This document shows, in pieces, positions 1-14,033 of a DNA stretch of 64,000 bases (position 1 is the first letter of the stretch; every line of letters begins with the position of its first letter). Below the pieces are notes generated by a model that was not told the origin of the DNA, ran no database searches, and worked only from the letters and a program-made list of their open reading frames with translations. Source of the stretch: Octopus sinensis (Eukaryota); contig NC_043000.1 in assembly GCF_006345805.1 (NCBI RefSeq), forward strand, positions 3,472,001-3,536,000, read 5' to 3'. The position numbers were made by a program, and so were the translations under genes.

Positions 1-533
1 TCATCATAGGTCTGTTTGATCAGGTCTGACTTGGGGTTAAACAACAACAGTAATGTAACAATAATTCTATATTAAATATAGATTTCTTCTAAAATAATTT
101 TAAGCTTGCTTGCATGCACATTTGTTAACTAAAAGACTGAAGTTTCAATTTGGGTCTCTTTAAGCTCCACTGCATTTAGAAGCACTTAACCTTACTCTTG
201 TGCGCACACATACACACACACACATACACACGCAGAGTTTGTATATCTAGTAATTTCACTAGCGAGAGTAGGCTAACGATGGTAGGTCTATGTCGGCATG
301 AATTTATGGGGAAATATAAAAAATATAACCAGGTATATTGATTGGCAAATAACAACATAACCTGAAACTTTCGTTATCTTTTCTCTTCACACACCTGTTC
401 CTTCCTCTTTATTATCATTTTTATTACCTATTTTTAGTTTGCACATATATATATATATGACCGTCCAACCCATGCTAGCATGGAGAACGGACGTTAAACG
501 ACGATGATGATATATATATATATATACATACAT

Positions 534-569
<36 letters not shown>

Positions 570-570
<1 letters not shown>

Positions 571-780
571 TCATCATCATCCTCATCAATAAATGTCCAT
601 TATCCATGCTGGCATGGGTTGAACAGTTTGACAGGAGCTGGACAGCCAGGGAGCTGTTCAGACTCTAAATTATCTGTTGTAGCATGGTTTCTATGGCTTG
701 CCCTTCCTGGTGCCAACCACTTTACAGTGTGCTGGGTGCTTTTTATGTGCCACTGATGGTCATTTTTTTTTTTTTTTGCC
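570..780 (-). mobile_element. (ATG)n-tailed retroposon (SINE-C) 3' part
   Basis: catcatc...gtccattatccatgctggcatgggttg...; a plus-strand tail fragment lies at 460-510. Confidence 0.75.
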
Positions 781-885
781 AAATAAACACATGCACTATA
801 TATTTCATCTTCACTCGTCTATTACTGTTCTTATTATTTAAATTCTAACTCATGTCCATTGTCCACAAATCTTTCATCCCCAAAA

Positions 886-886
886 T

Positions 887-929
<43 letters not shown>

Positions 930-977
930 TACATATATATTTTTATTATCTATTTTTGCTTGCACATATATATATAT

Positions 978-1029
<52 letters not shown>

Positions 1030-1047
1030 TATATAAATATATATATG
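886..1047. repeat. Compound (TA)n microsatellite
   Basis: Seen directly. Confidence 0.95.
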
Positions 1048-2639
1048 TAAATGCTACTAGTATTGCTACTGAGTCATTTAATTTGCTCTGGGCCAAATTT
1101 GCTGCTAGGTCACAGTATGATACTGAATCAATACTACAAATTGGGAAAAGATGATTTAGTATGGTGTGTGTGTGTGTGTGTGTGTACACAGAGTGTTTCA
1201 AATGAAATGGGTTTATGTGGTTGGAGTAACTTTTGAAAAAGGTCACAAAACTACTAATTGAATGTAATGTTTAATTTGCCATCTCTGTGTTACCTCAAAG
1301 ATATATTATATCCAATCAGAAACTATATGCCTAGAGAAAGGAGCTAGGGATTGACAGTCCAGTCAGTGTGTGTGTGTGTGTTGTTGTTTGAGGAAGGCTT
1401 GCCCAGACTGGTGAGGCCTATTTGGTTGATATTCAGCTTGAACTTCAGTTGGTTGGTGTTTGTAGGTAAAACATGGACATGAGGAGGTGGAGATGTACAG
1501 AAGGTTGTAATTTGAGGGAAGAAAGGATTGGGTGAAGAGTGTAAACCGGGTTAACAGAGGTTAATGCACAACAGCTACAGTGAGAGGGAGGAGAAGTGTG
1601 TGTATGAAGTGAGTTTGGTGAGGGTTGGTACACAGCTACAATGACTGTTAGTAAAAAAAATGTGTATGTGGTGTGTGTATGTGTACAAGTGTCTGAGATC
1701 AAAAAACCAAAAGTACCCAAATCTGATTCAAGAAATAAAACCATAGTTACAACATTTGATAAATAAACACAAGAATTAATAGGTAAAATAAACTACATGT
1801 TGTCTTTGGGTTTCTGATGGGAAAACTTTAAAAATTTTTTATCTCAATAAATATAGAATTCCTTTACAATTTGATGTCAGCAACTTTTCAATTTCAATCA
1901 AGCATGGTGAAAAATTTTTATTAAATCCTGGGCCCCTTTCATGTCATGATAGACTTTAGGGAGTATTTGAATACCTCGGTTAAAATATCTCTACATCAGT
2001 TGCTATTTGGTGTGGTTTGGCTAGTCTAATACAACTAGACCACAACGGTGAATTGATTCAATATCACATTATAATATACAAATTTCTACAGGTCCTACAG
2101 TCTTTATATTTGTCCTGACAACAACAAAAACAACAAAAATAAAGATTTATAAAAGATGTTTGTTGACAAAACATTTTGAGCTTTCTCTACCTATTTTCAG
2201 CTTTTTTTTTTTTTTTCTACAAACCAGATTTAACTAAATAATAAATTATCTCTGAAATATTTAGACCTCTAATCATTACACCATTGTTTCCCAGACAGCT
2301 GGGTCATACAGATGTACTGGTGAGTTTGTTCTTATAATATTTCAGATGAATATTCATAAACAATATTTCACTAGATGAATATTTATAAACAATATCTCAC
2401 TTTATATAAGTAACAAAATTTTCAGTTGTTCAGGTCACAAAATAATGCAAATGAAAACTTGTTGTGTAGATACTCCTGCTGATAATCTAATTAAGGATGT
2501 AGGCAAGAGTCAGGAGACACACAGCAAATATTTTCATCAAAGACAGAATATAATTTATTATCAGCAAAGACACATAAAAACTGTTGCTTTCATTAACAGT
2601 TTTTATTGTCAGTTACAGTTTTGTTGTAATAAAGATTTC

Positions 2640-3207
2640 TAACAATGGTGCAAGGCCAAAGAAATAATATATCAAATTATATCTATTCCAGTATTTGACT
2701 GGCACTTCTTTTTGTTTTGTTTTTTGTTTTTTTTTACCAATCCTGGAAAGATGAAAGGTGAAGTTACCTTCGACGGGATTTGAACTTCAAATGCAAGGGA
2801 GACACGACTAAATACTGCCAAAGTATTTTGTCTGTTGCCATTCTACTGATTCTTCAACCCATAGTTATAATAACAATTGGTTTCAGTGAGCAGTCCCATA
2901 GTAATTTGAAGGCTGCACCTCTGGGTCTGTAGAAACGGATGCTACCAAAATCGCCATGGGACCATTCACTGCTATAATGATAATAATTATTATCATTATT
3001 AACATAAGTACAAAACCAGACATTTGGGAAAGGGGAACAGTTAAACTGACTCCAGTATTTGACTACATTATTTATTGATTCCAGAAGGATGAAAGGCGAA
3101 GTTGGCCTCAATAAGATTTGAACTCAGAACATAACGGCAGATGAAATACCGCTAAGCATTTCGCCCGGCGTGCTAACATTTCTGCTGCTCTAGCAATTCT
3201 GCTAATC

Positions 3208-3255
<48 letters not shown>

Positions 3256-3455
3256 AATAATGATAATCCTTTCTACTATAGACACATGGCCTGAAATTTG
3301 TGGAGAGGGGACTAATCGATTACATCGACCCCAGTGCGTAACTGGTACTTAATTTATCGACCCTGGCAGAATTTGAACTCAGAACGTAGCAGCAGACAAA
3401 ATACTGCTAAGCATTTCACCCAGCATGTTAATGACACTGCCAGCTCGCCGCCTTC

Positions 3456-3496
<41 letters not shown>

Positions 3497-4225
3497 TAAT
3501 AATAATCCTTTCTTCTATAAGCATAAGGCCTGAAATTTGGGGAAGGGGTATAAGTTGATTACAGCGTTCCCAGGGCTCCACTGGTACTTATTTTACTGAC
3601 CCCAAAAGGATGAAAGGCAAAGTTGACCTCAGCAGAATTTTAATAATAATAATAATAATAATAATAATTATAATTATATATATAGATATATTTATATCGA
3701 CCCCAGTGTTCAACTGGTACTTATTTTATCAACCTCAAAGTGATGAAAGGTAACGTTGACCTCAGTGGAATTTGAATAATAATAACAATAATAATCTTTT
3801 CTACTTTTGGCACAAGGCCTGACATTTTGGGGGAGGGAACCAGTCGATTAGATCGACCCCAGTACACAACTGGTACTTAATTTATCAACCCTGAAAGGAT
3901 GAAAGGCAAAGTCAACCTCAGCAGAATTTGAACTCAGAATGTAACAACGGGTGAAATACTGCTAAGCATTTCGTCCAGCATGCTAATGATTCTGCCAGCT
4001 CGCCAGCTTAATAATAATAATAATAATAATGATAATAATAATAGTTTCGAATTTTGGCACAAGGCCAGCAATTTCAGGGGAGGGGTGCTTATTTTATCAA
4101 TCCTAGAAAGATGAAAGGCAAAGTCAGCCTCATCAGCATTTGAACTCGGAATGTCAAGAGCTGGAGAAAATGCTGCTGAGCATTTTGTCTGGTGCAGTAA
4201 AGATTCAGCAATCTCACTGCCTTGA
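2640..4225 (-). mobile_element. Head-to-tail cluster of ~7 tRNA-derived SINE-A copies with (ATT)n tails
   Basis: Minus strand reads ggcggcgagctggcag (A box) ... gagttcaaattc (B box) ... ttcatcctttcggggtcgataaattaagtaccag ... gtagaaaggattattatt. Confidence 0.9.
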
Positions 4226-5089
4226 TGATGATAATAATAATAATAATAAAACTATAATGAAGAAGAAAACAGTAAGAATGATGTGTTGGCTTGCTAAATC
4301 AATGGAATGAAAACTATAAAATATGAGATATGCCTATGAGAACAGTATTAGAATTTTGGATGAGGACCGTGGCATGAGATGCTGTACAGAATTGGATGCT
4401 GGGTCATCAACATCTAAGGCAGTTCCTAAGAAACAGCAGTTGAGACCATTTTGAAAGATACTTGAAACAACTTGTATGAGAATGATGCCATAATATTGTG
4501 AATAATCAGTGGTCGTTAATCGCAGTGATGGGTTGGGGATCAAAAAAATGAAATATTAACAATGAAAAAATGATATGTGAGATGAGTGGAGGAAAGCTGT
4601 AGAATAAGTATGTGGATGTATTCTGTTGGTCGTCGTCTCTAAGAGGGTTGTTTGGGTGGTGTTGGCAATAATCTGAGATCAAAGCTGTCAGCTTCAGTCA
4701 AGAAATCAATAGGATAGAGTGAAGGTTACAGAGAAATGAGGCCATTATAGGGAGCTATGGAACTGTGTTTTAAAGGAAGCCCTAAAAACAGTTTTCCATG
4801 AAGCTAAAAATTTAAAGGCAGACACACGACAGCTAAGCCCCGTTAAAGGTCCCATTGACACACCTTAACATCTGGGAACAATAATAGCTCTCAAGTGGAT
4901 AGGAAGTCCTGGTTACATATGAAAATTATATTTTATATACACACATACAGCACTCAGTTATACTTCTCACTCGCCCAGTCACCTGCATGTGTATACCTCC
5001 CTCCCTCACTTTCTTTCTCTCTCTCTCTCTCTCTCTCTCTCCTGCTTTCTCTCAAAGACACACACACACACACATTGCTGATATGATTG

Positions 5090-5095
5090 TTTATT
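5090..5095 (-). promoter_or_regulatory. Candidate polyadenylation signal (AATAAA) for AP1AR-like 3' UTR
   Basis: Minus-strand AATAAA ~630 nt past the stop, following non-repetitive U-rich UTR-like sequence. Confidence 0.35.
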
Positions 5096-5721
5096 AAGAG
5101 AGATTTATCTAGACATGGCTTTATAAACAGTTAACACTGAGAGCTATGCAGAAACACTGGAGAAATATCACATTGCTACATGCAGTAAAACAGTGTTTTG
5201 GAATTTAATTAATTTTTTTTTTTTTCCTTTAGGATTTCAAATTACTTTTATGGAATCACAGATAAGATTGGTTTTATGGGAAGCAAAGAAAATGAAAAAT
5301 AACCTTAGTACAACTGAAAAATAACTTTAAATGTAATGTTTAAAAAAAAAAGGAAACATAAAGAACAAAAAAAAACCATAACAAAAGAAAATGTTGAAAT
5401 GTAAACATTAAAGTGAGCAGTAGCAGCAGTAGTAGCAGGTCCGAGATTGGCTACAGTTATAGAGTTGCAGCCTGGACAGGTAAGTGGACCAAGAAATAGC
5501 CATAAAGATATCAGGCACATGGTAAGTGGTTCACAACACCAGCGCACTGCCTGAGCAGTGAGAAAGTCTTTCAACAGCCACTTTTTAGTAGTATGTCAAA
5601 TATCTACGGTCACTGCCAGACAGTAATAGTTCCTTAGAATTGTATTTTCGGCACCAAGGAAGGTAGCAATCCAATCCCAAAGTAAAAAATGTTTTGTCAG
5701 TAGGTAGATTGTTTGTGACTG

Positions 5722-5912
5722 TTATGTTCCTTTGCCACCTTTCCTCACCGTTAAAAGTTGTTCCCTCTCAAGAACATCGGCGCTGACGTAATCGTTGTCC
5801 CACTCGAGCTCAGCAGAGTTTGCAGGACTGGTTGGATGTAGCATTTCTTGAGCAGCTAGAGCAACGAGATTTTCTTCTGTGGCTGATCGAGGTGCTTTAT
5901 GGGGTATAATTC
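5722..5912 (-). CDS. AP1AR: AP1AR-like terminal coding exon: (G)IIPHKAPRSATEENLVALAAQEMLHPTSPANSAELEWDNDYVSADVLEREQLLTVRKGGKGT*
   Basis: ttttccag| acceptor, phase 1; TAA at 5722-5724. LEWDNDYVSAD resembles recalled gadkin LEWENDFVSAE; RSATEENL resembles RSKTEEDI. Confidence 0.9.
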
Positions 5913-6189
5913 CTGGAAAACAGAAAATAGATTGTGTAGTAACAGGAAAGAAATGATAAAAATTCTAGATTAATACACATTGAAAAGGTTGCAAGATGCA
6001 ACGAAAATTTTAGGAAAATAAAAATAAGAAAAAAGTGGAAATTTTACCGGTGAGTGTGTTACATTATAAGGCACAAAAAGAAAATGACTCTCCCCAGACA
6101 CAACAGAATATGCTTCAACACACAAACTCATATAAAGAATCTTGCAAACCAAATCCAAAGATGAAATATAAATTAACAACATTTAAATG

Positions 6190-6410
6190 CTAGTTTCAAA
6201 TTTTGGCACAAGGCCAGCAATTTCAAGGGATGGGAGTAAGTTGATTACATCAACCCCAGTGCTCAACTGGTACTTGTGTTATTGACCTCAAAAGGATGAA
6301 AGGCAAAATTGACCTCAGTGGAATTTGACCTCAGGACATAAAGATGGATGAAATGCTGCTAAGTGTCTTTGCTTGGCATGCTAGCGGTTCTGCCAGCTTG
6401 CCACCTCACA
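6190..6410 (-). mobile_element. SINE-A copy
   Basis: Matches the SINE-A consensus over its full length. Confidence 0.85.
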
Positions 6411-7324
6411 ACATTTAAATATTAAATCAAATTCAACATGGGGTGTATTACACAATCTTTTCTATAAGATATAACTAAGGTATAGAGAAATCTCGCTTCC
6501 GCAAATCTCATATAACTAAGGATTCAATTGCAAAGATTTATTTTCCTTCTTTATATGAAGCCAATTAATGTGCATTAAATTCTCTTCAGAATTTTATTAA
6601 TACTAACTTTAAATAAAATGTTAGAAAAAGGAAAAGTAGAAACACATTTTCCAAAACATTAAGACACCAAATGCTGGTTACAGCAAAACATGTAATTACA
6701 ACATTGCTATGATGATGAAGAGAAGAAGGAGGGCGAGGATAATAATAATTGCTTGTAACATAAGTACAAGGCCAGAAATTCTGGGGGAGGGGTTAGTTGA
6801 TTAAAGTGACCCTAGTGCAGGACTGATACTTTATTTTATCGACCCTGGAATTGATTAAGCAAAGATCATCTTAGCAGAATCTGAAATCTGAAATGTAAAG
6901 AAATGCTACAAGATATTTTGCTTGGCATTTTACTAATTCTGTCAATCCACCATTATTATTATTATTTCTGGTGGAGGACTACTATAGATAGTTTACAAAA
7001 ATCCTTGGTTTGGCAGTGTTTCCAAAGGGCACTACTAATAATATGATTTCTTTTATTCACCACTGGAGTATCTGATGGGGGAGACATTACAAAGATAGTT
7101 TACAATTTGTGTTGGGATTTACATAAAAAGATAAAGGAAAAAAATGGAGGGGAGAGTCAATATAAAAAGTATATATAATATACAAAGTGATGAAGCAATT
7201 TTCTTGATACAAAAGAGTCTCCAACAAGGGTCTAATCAAGGAACTTCACAGACATAGGGTCATACTGATCACCAAGGTCTTGTTTAATTGTTGTTCTCAA
7301 AACTATAGGTGCATGCTTAAAGTA

Positions 7325-8561
7325 TCAGGTCATCCCATAAGTTCTGTCCAATTTTACCTTTTTTAAGATTGAATGAAATTTAATAGTATTTTAGAATGTC
7401 TAATGGAATTAAAAATTATTTTTATACATTTGTGTACATTTAAACTAATTAAATATTATTTTAGAGAATAATAGAAGTAAAATTTCTTTGGTAAAACCCT
7501 TTCTAACATGGGAGTATCCAAAGCACATAATGCTTTATGAGTACAAAAAAGGAAACTCTGCAGCCGAAGCAACTCAAAACATACACTCAGTTTATGGGAA
7601 AGAATGCTTGAATGAAAGAACTTGCAGAAGATGGTTTGCAAAATTCAGAAATGGAGATGAAGATCAAACAGGGCGTCCAGTTGAATTTGATGATAAGCTC
7701 CTTGAGGCATTACTTGAAGAAAATCTAGCATTATTAGTTGAAGAATTGGCATTAAAGCTTAGATCAAACCATACAACTGTTCATCGTCATCTTCAACAAC
7801 TTGGAAAATGGGTGCCTCATGAATTGTCCGAAAGCACCTGCAAATCCCAAGTTGACATCTGCTCTCCATTCTTGTGAACTCATTTCATCCTTTTTCGATA
7901 GACTTGTGACTGGTGATGAAAAATGGATCTTCTATTGAAATGTTAAACGTCATAAACAGTGGTTTGGTAAAAGAGAAAAGCTCAACCACAACCGAGAAGA
8001 GAACTTCATAGAAAAAAAGGTTCTTCTCTCTATCTAGTGGGATTGCAAAGGAGTAATTCACTTTGAATTGTAACTACCTAATGCAACAATCAATGATCAA
8101 GTCTACTGACAGCAATTAGAACGTTTGAAACAATCTTGGAAGAAAAAAAGACCCACTTTAGTGAATCGATAGGAGTGATGTTTCATCAGGACAATGTGTG
8201 ACCCCACACTGCAAAGATCACATCACAGAAGATCGAAGACCTTGGTTGGGAAAAAATTCCTCATCCACCTTATTCTCCCGACCTTGTTCCTTCAGACTAC
8301 CATTTGTTTCATAGTTTACAGAATCATTTGGGGGACATAACTTTCGCAGGCCAAGAGGAGGTTGAAACTGACATTTCAGAGTTCTTTGCTTTGAAACCAA
8401 AAGAGTTTTATATTGATGGGATAAAAAAGCTTGTAAATAGATGGAAGGAAGTCATAGATAATCAGGGAAAGTACATTGATGATTAAATTTCAATGAAATA
8501 TAACATTTGATCACTTGTTTTCTTTATTCAAAATTCGGACAGAACTTATGGGAGGACCTGA
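7325..8561 (+). mobile_element. Full-length degenerate mariner (Tc1/mariner) DNA transposon
   Basis: TIRs tcaggtcatcccataagttctgtcc / ggacagaacttatgggaggacctga with TA flanks; transposase remnants (WVPHELS, TGDEKWI, PYSPDLVPSDY) broken by stops and frameshifts. Confidence 0.93.
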
Positions 8562-8589
8562 TAGTTCCATTTACCATAACCAGTTTTTC

Positions 8590-9100
8590 CAGTCATCCAC
8601 CTTTGACAAATTCACTGGGAAAGAGTACTTCATTCTCCATTCTCACTTTCCTTTCCAAGTGGAACTTGAAAAAGTTGATGAAAGCTTGAACAAAGAGGAA
8701 AATGTGAATTTTCAATCTTTCCAACCTTGTCCACCACATACCTTCTTTCACCATAGCCACCAAACAGAGGAACACTGCTTGCACCACCTTGTTAAAGGCA
8801 GGTGACCATCACAATGGACTCAGCCTGCAGCCAGATTTGTCCTAGACACAACAACAGTTATTTGACATATCTCCATAAATAGGCAATGCCCAGGCACTGT
8901 GCAAGTGCATGGCGTATGGTTTTGTTGCTCTGCATGCACTTCAAACAAACCTGTCTAGCAGCACTTCCATGTCTGTGGGGTTTATCTTGAACTGATAATG
9001 CCCCTTGGGAACAGTTACCAGGCAAAGGATTTCTGGAAATTATCCATAGTAGTCCTCCACTAGAAATCTTATGAAACAAACCAGCTTGTTCATCCTCAAC
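8590..9100 (-). mobile_element. Tx1/L1-clade LINE C-terminal fragment
   Basis: GALSVQDKPHRHG...CLKCMQSNKTIRHALAQC..IAYLWRYV resembles the L1/Tx1 CCHC knuckle. Confidence 0.6.
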
Positions 9101-9594
9101 AACAAACTAGCCAGTCTCTTTCAAACAGTATCATGTCTGTGGGGAAGGGGACAGTTGATTTTATTGATCTCAGTATTGACAGGTACTTTATCAAACTCAA
9201 AAAATGAAGGCAAAATTGACCTCAGCAGGATTCAAAATCAGAATACAACAATAATAATAATTCAAGCATGAGAATAAGCTTAGTTTAGGGAAGGTTACAA
9301 CTGATCAGATTGACCCCATTGTTCTAATTTTATTAGCTCTGTAATGGTGAGATGCAAAATTGAGTGTAGTGAACTCAGAATTTAATAGTATGTAACTAAA
9401 TATTACAAGGCATTTTTTTATCAGTGTCCTTGTGATCAGTTTGAACTGATCACAATAATACTAATATTAATAGTAATACTAATAGTAATAACAGTTTATA
9501 TAGTTGCAATGAAGACATAAGTAAAGCATTATGTAGATGAAACACAAAAACACTAATTTGTGGAAGTGTTTTATCAAGTGGAATGAAATACTGA

Positions 9595-9770
9595 TTTCAA
9601 ATTTTGGCACAAGGCCAGCAATTTTGGGGGCGGTGTTAAGTCAATTACATTGACCATAGTGCTCAACTGGTACTTATTTTATCAACCCTGAAAGGATCAA
9701 AGGCAAAGTCAATCAGAATGCAAAGATGGATGAAATGCTGCTAAGCATTTTGCCAGCTCACCACTTTAAG
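9595..9770 (-). mobile_element. SINE-A copy (further degenerate pieces at 9130-9420)
   Basis: Matches the SINE-A consensus. Confidence 0.8.
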
Positions 9771-10438
9771 TGAATTGAAATATTAATTAATAGAAATAAT
9801 AATTAATAACAATATAATTCTCATATGGTTTAAGCACATGCAGGAAAAAAATCAAGACTTCATACAGAAAAAATCAAGACTTCTCACAAATCCCAACTGT
9901 CCAGAACATACGAAAAAATTGCCTTTTCTATACTGTCAATCAAGAAACAAACCATTTAAATATTTTAAACTCACTACTTTCATAAATGAAAAAAAAATCC
10001 CCTCTCCATCCTGACTCTCCATGTCAAGTGGTACTGGAATAGTACAATGGACATTTTGCAGGAAATGAAAACACTTGACTTCAAACATTCAGCCTTGTCC
10101 TTTGTCCTACATCTCTATAACCACCAGAAGTAAAGCCATTGCTTACTTTCTTTGTTAAGAAAAATGACAGAGCAATATTTACAGGATGGCCAGTAGGTAA
10201 CTTGATTTAGCCCAAACAATGCATTGACCCCTTAGTATGTCGTACCACATCATAGATATACTTTGCTGTTTATACTATTGAACCTGTACAGCTTCCTGTG
10301 AACTGGAAGTGTTCCTTAGTTCCACTCCCAGTTTAGGATTTCCATCACCTCCATAATGCTTGACACAGTAGTCTTTAGAAAGAGTCTTCACAGCATATCA
10401 AAGTCAATGCTTAAAGTAACCTGCATATCCTTCACTAA

Positions 10439-10822
10439 TCTCTCTATATATAAAGCTGAAGTTGTCTGTGTATGGCAGCCTTCAACTAATACTATATCCT
10501 CCAAGACCCTGCAGCGCAAGTTGACCAAAATTGAGAGTATGATAGAAGAAGGCTTGCTCTTCCTTCTGTAGAAGAATAAAATTCAAATCAGACCATGTTA
10601 ACACCAAAAATTATTTACAGCAAAATGGTGAGTTTTTTCTATGAAAATCCCTATTTGTTATGATTTTTTGACTGCTGTGTCACCATTTTTCGGTGTATTT
10701 CAACAAGAAAAATGTTCACTTAAAGAGAATAACAAGCTACATAATGCAAAATTTTTACTTTTCAAAAATTCCAATTCTAAAGGATCGAAACAAACCTGAG
10801 CAACGCCGGACGATACTGCTAG
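10439..10822 (+). mobile_element. Non-autonomous Helitron
   Basis: A|TC start, CTAG|T end, subterminal hairpin-like cctgagcaacgccgga, no TSD. Confidence 0.8.
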
Positions 10823-11224
10823 TTCTTGATAAACTAATAAGAGTCATTGTCCCACTAATGGCACTGCCTGATTGATGTAGTACTGAGGGTACCAGACAAC
10901 ATTAGGTTCCCAGCCTCATTCGACACTTTATAGATGGCAGCTCTATCAAGATTATCAGCTGAGTGAAAGCTTTCTTTACAAAAGAAAGAAAAATCATTCT
11001 TTCTGATTTAGGCACAAAGCCTAACTCTTTTGAGGGAAAGAGTTAGTCAATTACATCCATCCCAGGACTAGTTTTTTTATATTTTATCATTTCCTTAGAG
11101 AAAAGTCTATGTGTGACATTGAGAGCATAAGTATTTCTGGCCTCTATCTAATGCAAGCGCAGATAATCCAGCAACTGCATCTGCAAATTCTTTGCAATAA
11201 TAATAACAATAATGATAATAATGC

Positions 11225-11415
11225 TTTCAAATTTTGGCACAAGGCCAGTAATTATGGAGGAGGGGTAAGTTGCTTACATTGACCCCAGGACTCAACCGGT
11301 AGTTATTTTATTGACCCAGAAAGGGATGAAAGACAATGTTGAACCCATTGGAATCGGACAGATGAAATGCCACCAAGCATTTTGCCTGGCATGCTTAAAA
11401 ATCCTGTCAGCTTGC
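11225..11415 (-). mobile_element. SINE-A copy
   Basis: Matches the SINE-A consensus; sits between (AAT)n tracts. Confidence 0.8.
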
Positions 11416-11448
11416 TATAATAATAATAATAATAATAATAATCATAAT

Positions 11449-11660
11449 AAAATATTCAGACAAATACATAACAAAAACACCAGGACTTACAAACACATAT
11501 AACATACAGAAAATTGCACTACTAGGCACTGCACACATCCTACGCAGAACACTTTCCATACAATAACCATCAGAGCATCACAACAAATCACAGCACATAC
11601 CCAAGGCATACAGAGCTGCGCTCGGTAGTGAAGTGAAAGCACGCTATAAAAATAAAACTA

Positions 11661-11663
<3 letters not shown>
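11449..11663 (+). mobile_element. 5'-truncated young Dong/R4-like LINE 3' end in (AAT)n
   Basis: Encodes KYSDKYITKTPGLTNTYNIQKIALLGTAHILRRTLSIQ*; (AAT)n on both sides; near-identical copy at 15142-15379. Confidence 0.85.
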
Positions 11664-11708
<45 letters not shown>

Positions 11709-12720
11709 CAATAACATCCTAAAAGTAATGCTAACAAACTATCAAGAAAGGAATGTGGCAGAAGATTACTAAACAAAGTAGACCCTATTAGTAGTGTGAT
11801 ACTGGGTTTGAATAATTTTGTTGTGAAGAATAACAATAGAAAATTGTTGACAGCTAGAGATACCCAAAAAGTAACTGAAACAGTAGGAGAATTCAAAGAG
11901 AAGAGGATGAACAACAGAACAAGCAAATGGAAAGAAATAGAATTACATGGCCAATTCATGCCACAAACTGAGAATGTTGGTAGTAAAGAACACTGGCTCT
12001 GGCTAATGGATTGGAACTAGAAACAAAAGACCAAAACGCTAATTATAACTGTTCAGGAACAAGCCATTAAAACAATTCTGATAAAGGCAAAGATTGACAA
12101 CACTCAGACAGCAAATGTAGAATTTGCAGTAAGGAAATGAAAATATTGATCACTTCTTGAATGAGTGTAGTATACTAGCACAAAATGAGTATAAATATAC
12201 GCATGACTGTGTAGGTAAAAAAGTCTAATGGAATGTTAGCTGAGTGTATGGCTTCAAAATAACACAAAAGCAGTATGAACACAAACCAAAGGCTGTGGTA
12301 GAAAATGAGAATTGCAGGATCTTGTGGAAATCACCATAAAAAGACTGACTTCTTGAAGTAAGAAGACCAGATATGATTATTTAGAAGACAAAATAAGGAA
12401 ACAGTGTAAGATCATAAATCTTGCAATTTCCAATGATAGCAGATTCAATATCATAGAAATTGAAAATAATTGAAAAATATCAGGATCTAGCTAGAGAACT
12501 GAAGAGACTGTGAAAGACTAAGACAATAATTATTCCTGTGGTAATTGGTTCACTTAGAATCCTACATAAATGACCGAAAGACTGGAATTGAGATTCACAC
12601 AGATGACCCAAAGAAATGCACCATCCTACACTCTGCAAGAATCCTAAGGAAGGCTTTTGAGATATCAGGAGACTTGTTTTTATCAAGCTTCAAGATAAAA
12701 TCCCTGCTAATTAGATCAGC
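11709..12720 (+). mobile_element. Degenerate R4/Dong-like (RLE) non-LTR retrotransposon, C-terminal part
   Basis: ELHGQF, CRIC..HLL.EC zinc knuckle, RRPDMI, KYQDLARELKRL and ILHSARILRK remnants; starts in an (AAT)n tract. Confidence 0.8.
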
Positions 12721-12725
12721 ATGTA

Positions 12726-13993
12726 CTGGGTCATCCCATAAATAATGCGGTTTTTTCAGTTGCATGAACTAAAAGTCAGACGGGGATGGGATAAACTACA
12801 TGCAACAACTTGTTATAAAAACAAGCAGTAATTTCCCCTTGTCCTTATTGTCAATGCAAGTTGTGAAGAGTGCAGTTCAATTTTAACAGTTATTTTTTCA
12901 AAGCTATAACGGAAGTGACAAAGGGGCATATTTTGCTTTATGAGTTCAATAAAGGCAACAATGCAATGGAAAGTGTGAGGAATATTAATGCAGTATATGG
13001 GGATCGGACAATAAGTGTAAGCCAGTGTCAATGGTGGTTCTAGAATCTCTGAACCAGAAACTACAGTCTAGAACATGACCCTTGTCCTGGAAGATCTGTA
13101 GAGCTCAACAAGGATGTCCTACAAACCCTAGTGGAACAAAATCCCATTGTAACTGTTGAGTAACTAGCAGAGAAGTTTGGATTTGGTCATTCAATCATTT
13201 ATCAACATCTGTGTGCCATCAGAAAAGTCAGCAAATTGGGTCAATGGGTTCCTCACAAACTTTCTGAGTCTAATCACACACAGAAAGTGAATGTGTGTCC
13301 TTCTTTGCTGTCACAGCTCTCCGATGAACCTCTTTTGGACCAAATACTGACTGGTGACAAGAAATGGATTCTCTATAAAAATGTCAAGCACCGAAGACAG
13401 TGGGTAGGGAAAAGAGAAACATCACCACCCCAGGCTAAAGAAAGTTTTCACCCACATAGGATGTTATCTGCTTGGTGGGATATGAAAGGTTTAGTCCATT
13501 TTGAACTTTTAAACCCAAACTAAATAACAAAGGAGATCTTCTTTGAGCAGCTTGAGCGGCTTAAGTCAGCGCTAGAAGAAAAACAACTATCTTTGGTTCC
13601 AAGATGAAAGATGTTCTTCCATCAGGATAATGCTCGGCCACAGCAAGGATGACATCCCAAAGGCTGGAGCAGTTTGAATGGGAAACAATGCAACACCCAC
13701 CCACCACATTCACCAGATATTGCTCCATCTGATTATCATTTATTCCGCAGTCTTCAAAATCATTTGGATGGAAAAAATATGAATTCTGTAGAGGAGATCA
13801 GAACAGTACTGGAGGAGAATATTTCATCATGGACAAGTGAATTTTGGAAGAGGGGCCTTGCAAGTCTACCAGATAGATGGAAGTACATTGTAGAAAATGA
13901 AGGAAAGGATATTTCAGATTTAAAAAGAACTTTATCTTAATTTTGAAAAATAAAAGAGGTATAAAAAGCCACATTATTTATGGGATGACCTAA
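12726..13993 (+). mobile_element. Full-length degenerate mariner transposon
   Basis: TIRs ggtcatcccataaataatg / cattatttatgggatgacc with TA flanks; WVPHKLS, TGDKKWI, HSPDIAPSDYHLFRSL fragments. Confidence 0.93.
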
Positions 13994-14001
13994 TACTAGT
14001 T

Positions 14002-14033
<32 letters not shown>

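Noticed and set aside
3100-3460. tRNA genes
   Set aside because: A and B boxes belong to SINE heads followed by SINE bodies; no complete cloverleaf is evident.
7488-8486. Intact or domesticated (SETMAR-like) transposase
   Set aside because: All mariner ORFs have several stops and frameshifts and keep their TIRs.
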